Origin: an uncultured delta proteobacterium
GTDB taxonomy: Bacteria > Myxococcota_A > UBA9160 > SZUA-336
DNA: 64,000 bases
Reading direction: 5' to 3'
Assembly (NCBI GenBank): GCA_963704165.1
Contig: CAVPHD010000004.1
Location: 352,001-416,000, forward strand
In this document: piece after piece, positions 20,435 through 30,272 of the stretch
Numbering within the stretch: the stretch's first letter is position 1
How the letters are laid out: each line of letters starts with the position of its first letter
Made by a program: the position numbers and the translations under genes
Notes under the pieces: generated by a model
Database searches by the model: none
What the model saw: the letters and a program-made list of their open reading frames with translations, nothing else
Told to the model about the DNA's origin: nothing

Positions 20435-21276
20435 CAGGCGAGGCCGGCGAGCTTCGCGCTCTCGTCCCAGAGCGCTCGCGCGAGAGACTCGTCCTGCGCG
20501 AGCGGATCCGTCTTCGCCTGCCTGCAGTTCACGAAATACCGGCCGCTGACGGAATCGACCTCCGGTGACGAAGCCAGGTAGACCGACGTCCGCGCGCCCT
20601 TCTCGGGCGAGCTGAAGAACAGCCGGGTGACCGTGCGCATAAGGAACGACGAATCGCGGGCGATCTCCGTCGCGACACCGCCGGGGTGCAGTGAGTTCGA
20701 GGTGACGCCGCGGTCCGCGAGCCGTCGCGCGAGCTCGTTTGCGAACAGGATGTTCGCGAGCTTCGACTGCCGATACGCCCCGAACGCGCTGTACTTCGCC
20801 GGCCCGCGGAAGCTCCCGAAGTCGATCTTCCCGCCGGCGTGCATCATCGAACTGACCGTCACCACACGGGCGGGCGCACTCGCGATCAGCTTGTCGAGCA
20901 GCAGGTTCGTGAACAGGAAGTGCCCGAGGTGGTTCACCCCGATCTGCTCCTCGAAGCCGTCCTCGGTCGTCCGCTGGTTCGGCGGGAAGACGCCCGCGTT
21001 GTTGAGCAGCACGTCGATGCGGGGTTGGTCCGCGATCAGCTTCTCGGCGCACGCGCGAACCGAGCGCAGGCTTCCGAGCTCGAGTGGGACGAGCTCGACG
21101 CTGGCGCCCGGCGTTCGCGCGAGGATCTCGTCCCGTGCCCGTTCCGCCTTGTCGAGGTCGCGACAGGCGAGTACGAGACGAGCGCCACGCGAGGCGAGCT
21201 CCGATGCGGTGGCTTTTCCGATGCCCGAGCTTGCGCCCGTGATGAGGACCGTCTTGCCCGTCATGGCGGAGCGCAT
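20434..21276 (-). CDS. SDR family oxidoreductase (retinol-dehydrogenase-like)
   Basis: TGASSGIG, NNAGV, VNHLGHFL, YRQSKLAN, HPGGVAT. Confidence 0.93.
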   Translation of the reverse strand: MRSAMTGKTVLITGASSGIGKATASELASRGARLVLACRDLDKAERARDEILARTPGASVELVPLELGSLRSVRACAEKLIADQPRIDVLLNNAGVFPPNQRTTEDGFEEQIGVNHLGHFLFTNLLLDKLIASAPARVVTVSSMMHAGGKIDFGSFRGPAKYSAFGAYRQSKLANILFANELARRLADRGVTSNSLHPGGVATEIARDSSFLMRTVTRLFFSSPEKGARTSVYLASSPEVDSVSGRYFVNCRQAKTDPLAQDESLARALWDESAKLAGLA

Positions 21277-21311
21277 GATAGCCTGAGACTCGACACCAGA
21301 GGGAGATCGCC

Positions 21312-22193
21312 GTGAAGTTGGGCGTCTTCTGTCCGCTCTTGAGCCCGATTGCAGATCCCTCCTACGTGCGTGCGTTCGGAGAGACCGCCGAGGCCCTCGG
21401 CTTCGACTCGCTCTGGGTCGCGGAGCACGTCGTGCTCTTCGACGACTACCGATCGAAGTACCCGTACTCGGCCGACGGGCGCATCCCCGCTGCGCCGGAG
21501 AGCGGGATACTCGAGCCGTTCACGACGCTCGCGTATCTCGCCGCCGCGACGACGCGGATCCGGCTCGGCACGGGGATCGCACTGCTCCCTCAACGCAATC
21601 CGGTGTACACGGCCAAGGAGGCCGCGAACGTCGATTGGCTCTCGGGCGGACGACTCGACCTCGGCGTCGGCGTCGGCTGGTTGGCCGAGGAGTTCCGCGC
21701 GGTCGGCGTGCCCTGGGCCCGGCGCGGCGAGCGCACGCGCTCCTACGTCGAGGTCATGCGTCGGCTCTGGTGCGACGAGCTGTCGGAGTACAAGGACGAG
21801 TTCTACGAGCTTCCCGCCTGTCGGCAGTTCCCCAAGCCGGTGCAGAAGCCGCACGTTCCGATCCACTTCGGTGGAGAAAGCGACGCGGCCCTGCAGCGCG
21901 TCGCCGACATCGGTCAGGGCTGGTACGGCTTCAACCTCGAGCCGGACGAGTTCGCCGAGCGCCTGGGCCGGCTCGACGCGATGCTCGCTTCGAACGGCCG
22001 CAATCGCCGCGACCTTCTCATCTCGGTCTCGCCCTATCTGCGCGAGATGAACCCTGCGAAGCTCGAGGCGTACCGGCGCGCCGGTGCGGATCAGGTGATC
22101 CTCGTCGCCTTCGCACGCGACCGCGACGCGATCGCGTCCGCGCTCGGCGAGCTCGCGGAGACGTACCTCCCCACCGCACGGCGGCTCGGCTGA
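21312..22193 (+). CDS. LLM-class (luciferase-like) flavin/F420-dependent oxidoreductase
   Basis: GFDSLWVAEH, EPFTTLAYLAAATTRIRLGTG, SGGRLDLGVGVGW, PKPVQKPH. Confidence 0.92.
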   Translation: MKLGVFCPLLSPIADPSYVRAFGETAEALGFDSLWVAEHVVLFDDYRSKYPYSADGRIPAAPESGILEPFTTLAYLAAATTRIRLGTGIALLPQRNPVYTAKEAANVDWLSGGRLDLGVGVGWLAEEFRAVGVPWARRGERTRSYVEVMRRLWCDELSEYKDEFYELPACRQFPKPVQKPHVPIHFGGESDAALQRVADIGQGWYGFNLEPDEFAERLGRLDAMLASNGRNRRDLLISVSPYLREMNPAKLEAYRRAGADQVILVAFARDRDAIASALGELAETYLPTARRLG

Positions 22194-22205
22194 AGGGGAT
22201 CCGCG

Positions 22206-23085
22206 CTAGGCGCGGCCGGGCGCGAGCGCTTCGAGCACGCGCCAGTCGGGAAGCGGCTGACCGCTCGAGTTGATCGGCTGGATGCAGACGTGGCTCGCCC
22301 CCGCGTCGAGATGCGCGCGCACACGCTTCTGCAGCACGGAGACGTCACCCCAGGCGACGGTCGCGTCGATGAACCGGTCGCTGCCGCCGTTCTCGAAGTC
22401 TCTGTCCGCGAAGCCCAGCCGCTTCCAGTTGTTGCGGTAGTTCTCGAGACCGAGGTAGATGCCCGCGGTGAGTCGGGCGAGCTGACGCGCCTTCGTCGCA
22501 TCGGTCTCGAGCAGGACCTTCTGCTCGACGCAGAGCCATGCGTCGGGTCCCATCTGCTTTCGCGCCATCGCGGTGTGCTCCGGCGTCGTGAAGTAGGGAT
22601 GCGCGCCCTCGGGTCTTCGTCGCCGCGAGCTCGAGCATCTTCGGTCCGAGCGCGGCGAGCACGGTCGGTGGCGCCTCGGCCGGCGGAACCGCCGCATAGG
22701 GCGCCTTCTCCATCCGCTCGAGGTACGCGCGCATCGTCGCGACCGGGCGTGCGTACACGTGCCCGCGCACCGCTTCGACCATCGGCCGGTGCGAGACGCC
22801 GAGTCCGAGCAGGAACCGCCCGCCCGACTGCTCCGCGAGCGTCTTCTGCGCGGCCGCGGTAGCCGCTGCGTCGCGCGCGTAGATGTTCGCGATGCCGGTC
22901 GCGACGACCAGCCGCTCGGTCTTCGCGAGCAGCCACGCGGCGTGCGCAAAGGGGTGGCGCCCGATCGCCTCGGGAATCCAGAACGCGCCGTAGCCCAGCG
23001 ACTCGATGCGTTGCGCGGCCTCGGCCGCCTGTGCCGCGGTCAGGGTTTCCGTGAAGTACCAGACTCCGAGCTTGCCGAGCTGCAT
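22206..23085 (-). CDS. LLM-class F420-dependent oxidoreductase, frameshift near 22612
   Basis: MQLGKLGVW, VATGIANIYAR, RFLLGLGVSH, LAALGPKML, then GAHPYFTTPEHT...HLDAGASHVCIQ. Confidence 0.88.
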
Positions 23086-23186
23086 GGGTGAGCGCCTCCT
23101 CGACCCGCCTTGTCGCATACTGGAGGCACCTCTCGCCACAGGGGTCCCGTTCGTGTCGCATCCGCGCGCCCGCAGCCATCGATCGC

Positions 23187-23215
23187 GAATCCGAAATCGC
23201 GAGCCACACGTATCA
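23187..23215 (+). promoter_or_regulatory. Possible ECF-sigma autoregulatory promoter GAATCC-N16-CGTATCA
   Basis: ATCC...CGTA arrangement upstream of the ECF sigma gene. A similar element lies at 24745-24775. Confidence 0.3.
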
Positions 23216-23280
23216 GAACGTGGAGGACGTGGTTGAGACGCGTGCCCCCGACACCCGGCGTGCCGGCGACGTCCGGTGCG

Positions 23281-23844
23281 ATGGCGACGGATGGTGAGCT
23301 TCTGCGTCGCCTTTCGGAGCGGGAGACGCTCGCGCTCGAGACGCTGTACGCACGCTACTCGTCGTACGTGATGGGCATCGCGCTGCGAATCTTGGCAAGT
23401 CGGGAGGAGGCGGAGGAGGTCGTGCAGGACGTGTTCTGGCAGCTCTGGAAGTCCGAGCTCCGCTACGACCCGGCACGCGGGCGCTTCTCGACGTGGCTCT
23501 TCTCGGTCACGCGCTTCCGTTGCCTCGACCGGCTGCGCTCGCGCGAGCGCGCATTCCCGCGCGCGGGGCTCCACGAGCTGGACGCACTCGAATCCCATTC
23601 CGACCAGGAGGGCGAGGCCTACCTCGTCGAACGGCAGAAGGAGGTACGGGCCGTCCTCTCGCGCCTCCCGGACGAGCAGCGCGCGGCGATCGAGCTCGCG
23701 TTTTTTCACGGGCTCACCCATTTCGAGATCTCGGAGCGCACCGGCCAGGCGCTCGGGACGGTGAAGAGCCGAATCCGCCGCGGGTTGGTCCGACTGCGCG
23801 GCGCGCTGCCCCATCTGGATACCCGACGCGGAGAGGAACCATGA
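23281..23844 (+). CDS. ECF RNA polymerase sigma factor (SigK-like)
   Basis: AEEVVQDVFWQLW, YDPARGRFSTWL, region 4 LAFFHGLTHFEISERTGQALGTVKSRIRRGL. Confidence 0.93.
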   Translation: MATDGELLRRLSERETLALETLYARYSSYVMGIALRILASREEAEEVVQDVFWQLWKSELRYDPARGRFSTWLFSVTRFRCLDRLRSRERAFPRAGLHELDALESHSDQEGEAYLVERQKEVRAVLSRLPDEQRAAIELAFFHGLTHFEISERTGQALGTVKSRIRRGLVRLRGALPHLDTRRGEEP

Positions 23845-24705
23845 GCGAGCACGCCGATCTCTTGGAAATCGCGGAGCTCTACGGGCTCGGCGGTCTCGGG
23901 GACTCCGAGCGCGCGCAGCTCGAGCAGCACGTGGCGGATGGCTGCGGCGAGTGCGAGGCCGTTCTCCGAGCGAATCTCGACATCGCCGGAGCGCTGTTGC
24001 TCGCGAGCGCTCCGGTCCAGCCCTCGCCCGTCGTGCGCCAACGTCTGCTCGCGCGCGCCCGGAACGACGGCGACGTCGGCTCCGCGAAATCTGCGGCCCC
24101 CGGCCGTGCGACGCGCGGCGCTGCGCGATCGACGCGCGGGCGGCTCGCGGCGGTCGCGGCCGCGGTTCTCCTGCTCGGCTCTTGGGGGTACGCGGCGTTG
24201 CTCGGTGCCCGCCTTGCGCAGCAGAACAAGACCGTGGACGAGCTCGAGGATCTGCTCGTCTACGAAGAGAGCATCTCGTGGGCGCTCGTCCGCGAAACCG
24301 AGCGCGAGCGTTCCCAGCGCGTCGCCCTCGAGAACCGACTGCAACGACTCTCGCGAATCGTCGCGGCGATCGAAGCTCCGCTCGCGCGTAGCCTCGCGCT
24401 CGCCGGTCAGGGCGATTTCCACCGTGCTCAGGCGAAGGCGTACATCGAGCCGGTCAGCGGGCGGCTGATCCTCTACGCGCACAACCTCCCGCCGGTCCCC
24501 GACGGTCGCACGTACCAGATCTGGGTCATCGTCGGCGATCGGTCGCGAAGCGCGGGAGCTGTTCCGATCTGACAACTCCGGGGAGGCCAAGTACGATGGC
24601 GGCCGACTGCAGGACCTCGACGGTCCGGTGAAGGTGGCGGTTACGCTCGAGCCAGAGGGTGGCGCGCCACACCCCACCGGACCGCTCGTGCTCGCCGGGT
24701 CGTAA
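23841..24705 (+). CDS. Anti-sigma factor (RskA-like; Zn-finger motif, TM, coiled coil), frameshift near 24560
   Basis: HVADGCGEC, TM segment, LPPVPDGRTYQIWVI, then VAVTLEPEGGAPHPTGPLVLAGS*. Start overlaps the sigma stop. Confidence 0.88.
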
Positions 24706-24809
24706 GTGCAGCAGTCCGGACTCAGGAAAATCTCGACGCTCGCTGCATCCAGGCCCGAAGCCGGCACCCGTATCAACCCAAGTTACACCCAGCCCTCCAG
24801 GGAGATCTC

Positions 24810-26154
24810 ATGCGCAAGCTCGCGATACTGCTCTGCCTCGCCGTCTCGGTGAACGCGTTCGCCGCAGAAAAAGGTTCGGAGGACGTCCTCCCGAACATGC
24901 CCTTCAAAGAGGGCGACACGATCACGTTCGATCAGCTCGAGAAGCTGAAGGACTTCCTGCCCCCGCAGTTCTGGGAGAACCGCGAGTTCTTCTTCTACGA
25001 GGGCATGCAGCTCGAAGTCGGCCCGGCGATGCGCGACTACACCGAAGCCGAGCCCTACAAGGCGGCGAGCGAGAAGTTCAAGGGCCAGACCAAGATCGTC
25101 GACGACGGCGGCATCTCGGGGTTCGTCGCCGGTCGGCCGTTCGCGACCGAGGCGATCGACTGCAAGGGGGATCCGCAGGCCGCCACCAAGATCATCTGGA
25201 ACTTCAACAAGGTCTGGAACGGCGACGGTGCGGACTCGACCTGGTCGTACACGTACTGGGATCGAGGCGAGCAGCTGCCGCTGTACTACGAGGGCACGCG
25301 CGCGAGCGATCGCGCTCACCAATCGCGTCGAGCCGGAGTACCTCGAGAAGAACGACAGCGACATCTTCCCGAACGAGAAGCGCATGAACGTGTTCGGCAT
25401 CGAGGTCGAGGCCCCGTTCGACGCTCGCGGCATCCTCGTGCTGACCTACCGCTACAAGTCGGCCGACGGGCCGCTGAAGCAGGCCAAGAACGACGACACC
25501 TGGGTGTACGTCCCCGACCTGCGGCGCGTGCGCCGCATCTCGTCGGCGCAGCGCACGGACTCGGTGCAGGGCACGGACTTCACGATGGACGACCTGCGCA
25601 GCTTCTCGGGGATTCCGCCGCAGTACGAGTGGAAGTGCGTCGGCGAGCAGACCGTGATCGGTCCGATGAACACCAAGTCGCTCGCCTACCCCTACTCCGA
25701 TTCGTACAACTTCGGTCCGTACGGTTTCTCGTACGCGAGCGACCGATGGGAGGTCCGCAACGCCTGGATCGTCCGCTTCGATCCGCGGAACGAGGACCAC
25801 CCGTACCACCACAAGGACATCTACATCGACAAGCAGACCTACGAGCCGATCTACAGCTTCGCGTACGACCGAAAGAAGGAGCTGTGGAAGATCATCTGGC
25901 ACAACCACCGCTGGAGCGAGGACTGGGACGGGAAGAAGAACAAGGACCCGAAGGCCTCGGACGGCGTGTGGTACGCGGGCTGGGAAGGCGTCCCCGAGCC
26001 GAAGGATCTTCGCGTGATCAGCGACATCATCGTCAACGTGCAGACCGGCACGGGGAACCGGATCGAGTTCTGGAACAGCAACGGAGAGCCGCTCTCGAGC
26101 AAGGGCAAGATCCGCCGCTACATCGACATCGGGCGTCTCAACAAAGGCCGCTAG
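24810..26154 (+). CDS. DUF1329 / outer-membrane lipoprotein-sorting-like exported protein, frameshift near 25300
   Basis: Signal peptide, DPQAATKIIWN, DDTWVYVPDLRRVRRISSAQRTD, YDRKKELWK. Confidence 0.85.
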
Positions 26155-26177
26155 CCGCAATCGGCACGGCACATGCG

Positions 26178-26203
26178 GGCCCCGGATCGCGAGATCCGGG
26201 GCC
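26178..26203. terminator. Hairpin GGCCCCGGATC-GCGA-GATCCGGGGCC between convergent genes
   Basis: Perfect 11-bp stem with a GNRA loop, followed by ttcgcgtttc on the + strand. Confidence 0.65.
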
Positions 26204-26211
26204 TTCGCGTT

Positions 26212-26586
26212 TCAGTCGCGCGTGTACCACCACGCCCAGGCGATCAGAACGAGCTGGAGTGGAAGCCGGACGTAGCCGATCGGTCCGGCCCCCTCGCTCG
26301 CTCCGAAGACCGGTACGTCGTGGATCGCGACGTGGATGTTCGCGGGAAAGACCGCGACGAGCAGCGCGATCGTCGCCCACGCCGCGAGCTTGCGCGTGGG
26401 CGGAAACAGCAGGCCGACGCCGCAGAGCACCTCGGCGACACCCGAGAGGAACACGAGCTCGGCGTGCCACGGCAGGTAGGGCGGCATCATCGGCAGGTAG
26501 AAGTCGGGCTGCCGGAAGTGCATGACGCCCGCCCACACGTAGAATGCGGCCATCAGCCAGAGCAGCGCCTGCTTGGTGATCTTCAT
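26212..26586 (-). CDS. DoxX-family membrane protein
   Basis: AGVMHF, MMPPYLPWHAELVFLSGVAE, AVFPANIH, RLPLQ. Confidence 0.85.
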   Translation of the reverse strand: MKITKQALLWLMAAFYVWAGVMHFRQPDFYLPMMPPYLPWHAELVFLSGVAEVLCGVGLLFPPTRKLAAWATIALLVAVFPANIHVAIHDVPVFGASEGAGPIGYVRLPLQLVLIAWAWWYTRD

Positions 26587-26616
26587 CGGCACGAGCCTAT
26601 CAGCGAGGAGCGGGAC

Positions 26617-27554
26617 ATGAAACAGATCCGGAACCGGGTGACCGAGCTTCTCGGCGTCGAGATCCCGATCGTGCAGGCGCCGATGGGCTGGATCGCGCGC
26701 GCGCCGCTCGCGTCGGCGGTCTCGAACGCCGGCGGCATGGGCATCATCGAGACCTCCTCCGGCGAACTCGACGCGGTGCGCGAGGAGATCCGCAAGATGC
26801 GCGATCTCACCGACAAGCCGTTCGGCGTCAACATCGCGCAGATGTTCGTGCGCGACCCGAAGATCGTCGATTTCGTCGTCGCGCAGGGTGTGCGCTTCGT
26901 CACCACCTCGGCCGGCGATCCGACGAAGCACACCACGCAGCTGAAGTCGGCGGGGCTGACCGTCTTTCACGTCGTTCCGACGCTGCGCGCGGCGCAGAAG
27001 GCGATCGAAGCCGGCGTGGACGGCCTGGTCGTCGAGGGCGGCGAGGGGGAGGATTCAAGAACCCGCGCGACGTCGCGACGATGGTTCTGCTGCCGCTGAT
27101 CTGCTCGCGCGTCGGTGTGCCGGTGATCGCGGCCGGGGGCATCTGCGACGGACGGTCGATGGCCGCCGCCTTCGCGCTCGGTGCGGAAGGCGTTCAGATG
27201 GGTACGCGCATGGTGTCGGCCGCGGAATCGCCGGTCCACGCGAACTTCAAGCAGGCGATTTGCGATGCGGCCGAAACCGACACGGTGTTCCTGAATCGCC
27301 ACCACCGGCCGGGCCTTCGAGCGCTGCGAACGCAGCGCACCGAGCGGCTCGAGCGCGACGAGAAAGTCGAAATGAGCGAGCTCGGCCGGGTGCTCGAGCT
27401 CTACTTCGGCGGCGACATGGAGGCGTCGATCGCGCTTTCCGGCCAGGTCTCGGGACGGATCGAGTCGGTTCGCCCGGTCGCGGAGATCCTGCGCGACACG
27501 ATGCGAGAGTTCGGCGAAGTCGCCGAGCGGCTCGGCGGTCTCGTCTCGGGTTAG
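26617..27554 (+). CDS. Nitronate monooxygenase / FabK-like FMN oxidoreductase, frameshift near 27050
   Basis: PIVQAPMG, KPFGVNI, VVEGGEG(GGF), VIAAGGICDGR, GVQMGTR. Confidence 0.88.
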
Positions 27555-27564
27555 GGACCTTGGG

Positions 27565-27999
27565 CTACGACTCGCCCGGTGCCGGCGGCTTGGTCGCCAG
27601 CGCGATCCCCTGCGCCCCGGCTTCCTGCGCGATGTCGAGGATGTTGACGGCCTGACCGAGCAGCACCTTCTTGTCCCCGCGCAGGATCACGATCTTCTCG
27701 CGCGCCTTGTCCAGGGCCTCCTTGAGCGCCGCGGGTAGATTCGCCTCCGCGACCTCGACGCCATCGACCTCGATGCCACCGCCCGCGGTGACCGTGACGC
27801 TGACACCGGACGGCGTCGTCGACGCGACCGCCGAGCTCGGCAGATCGACTTCCTTGCCCTGATTCGAAACCACGCTCGTCGTGACCATGAAGATGATCAG
27901 CAGGACGAGGAAGATGTCCGTCAGCGGAGTGATGTTGATTTCGGCGACGATCCCATCGTCGTCGCCGTCGCCTCCACTAGGCAGGGAGCGGGCGGCCAT
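27565..27999 (-). CDS. exbD: Biopolymer transporter ExbD/TolR
   Basis: EINITPLTDIFLVLLIIFMV with the conserved TM Asp, and VILRGDK. Confidence 0.93.
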   Translation of the reverse strand: MAARSLPSGGDGDDDGIVAEINITPLTDIFLVLLIIFMVTTSVVSNQGKEVDLPSSAVASTTPSGVSVTVTAGGGIEVDGVEVAEANLPAALKEALDKAREKIVILRGDKKVLLGQAVNILDIAQEAGAQGIALATKPPAPGES

Positions 28000-28747
28000 G
28001 CCGTACCTCCTCGGGCTTCTCGTCCGGGTAGGTCGCGCTCGCCGATTCGACGTAGAGCAGCGCCTGGATCAGGCGTTCGCAGGAGCGCGCGAAGATCCCG
28101 GCGATCGCACCCGCGCGGACCTGCAGGTAGTTGAAGGCGGCGAGCGCCAGAATCGCGACGAGCAGGCCGACCGCGGTTGCGACCAGCGCTTCGGAGATCC
28201 CCGCCGCGACGACCGCGAAGCCGCCGGAGCCCTGCACCGCCATGTCGTGGAAGGCCTTGAGAATTCCCCAGACGGTTCCGAGCAGGCCGATGAACGGTGC
28301 GAGCGATCCGATCGTTCCCAGCATCCAGAGTCCACGGCGCATCTCGGTGGTCGCTTCGCTGCGCGAGGTCGCGAGCACGCTGTTCAGGTCCTCGAGCGCG
28401 ATGTTTCGCCAGCGCAGCCCCTCGAGGAAGATCCCGGCGAGCGGCGTCTTCGCCGACTCGCAGAGCGAGCGCGCCGTGACGAGATCGTGTTTCACGAGCG
28501 CATCGACGACGCCGCGTGTCAGGTCTCGACTGCGGCGATCGATCCCCGCGTAGCGGACCAGCTGCTGGATGACGACGGCGACTCCGATCACCGAGCACAA
28601 GGCCAGCGGGATGACCGTGAGCCGGCCGACCCAGAGAAGGTGAAGGATGGTCGCGGTATCGAACGTGCTCACGATCTGCCCGGCACCGGTGAGATCACCA
28701 GCGGCCTGCGTCGCGACGTTCACTGCAGTCTCGGTTACTGGATCCAA
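27977..28747 (-). CDS. exbB: MotA/TolQ/ExbB proton channel protein
   Basis: TIGSLAPFIGLLGTVWGILKAF and GISEALVATAVGLLVAI. Start is uncertain. Confidence 0.93.
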   Translation of the reverse strand: MDPVTETAVNVATQAAGDLTGAGQIVSTFDTATILHLLWVGRLTVIPLALCSVIGVAVVIQQLVRYAGIDRRSRDLTRGVVDALVKHDLVTARSLCESAKTPLAGIFLEGLRWRNIALEDLNSVLATSRSEATTEMRRGLWMLGTIGSLAPFIGLLGTVWGILKAFHDMAVQGSGGFAVVAAGISEALVATAVGLLVAILALAAFNYLQVRAGAIAGIFARSCERLIQALLYVESASATYPDEKPEEVRHGRPLPA

Positions 28748-28789
28748 GGTCGGCCCTTTTCCTTTGCGGGGTTGATCAACACGAGCGCG

Positions 28790-28817
28790 TCAAGCTATCC
28801 GATCGGGGAGTCGATCG
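28790..28817 (+). promoter_or_regulatory. Possible sigma-28-like promoter TCAA-N16-GTCGATCG
   Basis: Direct reading in the exbB/tonB divergent region, about 270 nt upstream of the TonB-like gene. Confidence 0.25.
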
Positions 28818-29086
28818 CAGGGTCTGGTGGCCGCGTTGACGCTCGCTGGGAACATGCTTAGCATGCGATCGCGATTCTCCGGTCCAGCGTCGCCACCGAA
28901 TGCCCCTACTCCGGGGTGCGTCGAATTGGCAGCTCGGATGTTTGAGCCATTCGAGGCGACTACCGATGAGGCATCGGCTCCTGGCTGCCAGCGCATGAGT
29001 CCGCAGATCGAGCGCAGGCAGCGAGGGAGTGGCGGCGACACTTCGAGAGGTGACGCCACCACAAAGCCAGGGGGTCCACGCGAGGC

Positions 29087-30268
29087 ATGAGTACCCAGCT
29101 CCTAGGCATCCGCCACCGGGCGCGAAAAACGCCGCTTCAGGCCCGTAGGGTCGGCGCGGCGTTCCGTGCAGGCGGAGCCGGAGTCGCCGTCGCACGCGAG
29201 CCCTTCCCGGGCATCCATGTCGGTGGCGAGAGCCACCGCGCCGACACGCTGAAGTCCGGCACGGTCTCCGCGCTGCTCCATGCGGGCTTCCTGGGACTCC
29301 TGATCTTGCTCGCCTGGATGACGCCTGCGATCCGCGAGGAGATCCTGCCCGTTCAGCTGATCAAGGAAGAGCCGAAGCCCGTTGCGAAGCGGGAAGAGCC
29401 GAAACCCGAACCGATTCCCGAGCCCGCGGTCGAGCCCGCGCCGGCGCCGAAGGCCCTGGCCGAGCGCCGTTCGATGGACTTCGCTCCCCAGGCGCAGGCG
29501 ATGGCGCCGCAGATCGTGAATCCGACGGTGGTGGCTCAGGCATCCCCGCAGCTCAACGCGCAGAAGCTCGAGATGAACCAGGTCGCCGCGGTCGTCGCCC
29601 CGCAGAACATTTCGCAGGCGACCGTCGTCGCCGAGCGTGTGACGGCCGTGAACTCCGTCGCCGTGGCCCAGACCGCGAAGGTGGACCTCGGCACGGCCGC
29701 GGCGCCCGCGCTTCGCGGCCCGGCGAATACGGCGCTGGCGGCGGGGCCTTCGGTCGGGCCGCGACAGATCGCCGCAGCGGGAGACACGATCGGAACGGGC
29801 ACGGCCGTCGACACGGGCACCGGCTCCTCGGTCCGCGAGGGAATCGCCAGCAACCGCGACGTGCTCGGCTCGCCCGACGGAGCGCCGCTCGCGAACGTTT
29901 CGACCCGTGTCGGCGAGGGATTCATGCGCGGCGATGGCGGCAGTGGCAGCGGCGGTGGCGACATCAGCGACTGCCTCTCGCGGCCGGAAGTCCTCCAGTA
30001 TCAGGAGCAGGTGCGCCAGCGCATGTACGCGCGCTGGGTCGTGCCCGGAGATGTGCCGGTCAACCAGAAGGTCCAGCTCCGCTTCGCACTCGACGCGAGC
30101 GGCTCGGTGATGAAGACCGAACTCGTCAGCGCGAGCGACTCCGGACTCGGGCAGACGGCCGTCGACGCGCTTCGATCCGCGGCGCCGTTCGCCTCGATGC
30201 CGGAGCGCGTGCGCTGCCTCGCGCGCCGTACGCTGATCGGCACGTTCAGCGTTCCCGCCGTAAACTGA
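29087..30268 (+). CDS. TonB/TolA-family energy transducer
   Basis: TM with SxxxH (SALLHAG), Pro/Glu/Lys-rich spacer, Ala/Gly-rich linker, C-terminal TonB_C-like domain (YQEQVRQRMYARW...FALDASGSV...AAPF). Confidence 0.85.
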   Translation: MSTQLLGIRHRARKTPLQARRVGAAFRAGGAGVAVAREPFPGIHVGGESHRADTLKSGTVSALLHAGFLGLLILLAWMTPAIREEILPVQLIKEEPKPVAKREEPKPEPIPEPAVEPAPAPKALAERRSMDFAPQAQAMAPQIVNPTVVAQASPQLNAQKLEMNQVAAVVAPQNISQATVVAERVTAVNSVAVAQTAKVDLGTAAAPALRGPANTALAAGPSVGPRQIAAAGDTIGTGTAVDTGTGSSVREGIASNRDVLGSPDGAPLANVSTRVGEGFMRGDGGSGSGGGDISDCLSRPEVLQYQEQVRQRMYARWVVPGDVPVNQKVQLRFALDASGSVMKTELVSASDSGLGQTAVDALRSAAPFASMPERVRCLARRTLIGTFSVPAVN

Positions 30269-30272
30269 CTCG

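Noticed and set aside
28847..28865. GG-N10-GC sigma-54-like site overlapping a CATGC-tta-GCATG palindrome
   Set aside because: It matches TGGCAC-N5-TTGC poorly, and a 5-bp palindrome is expected by chance.
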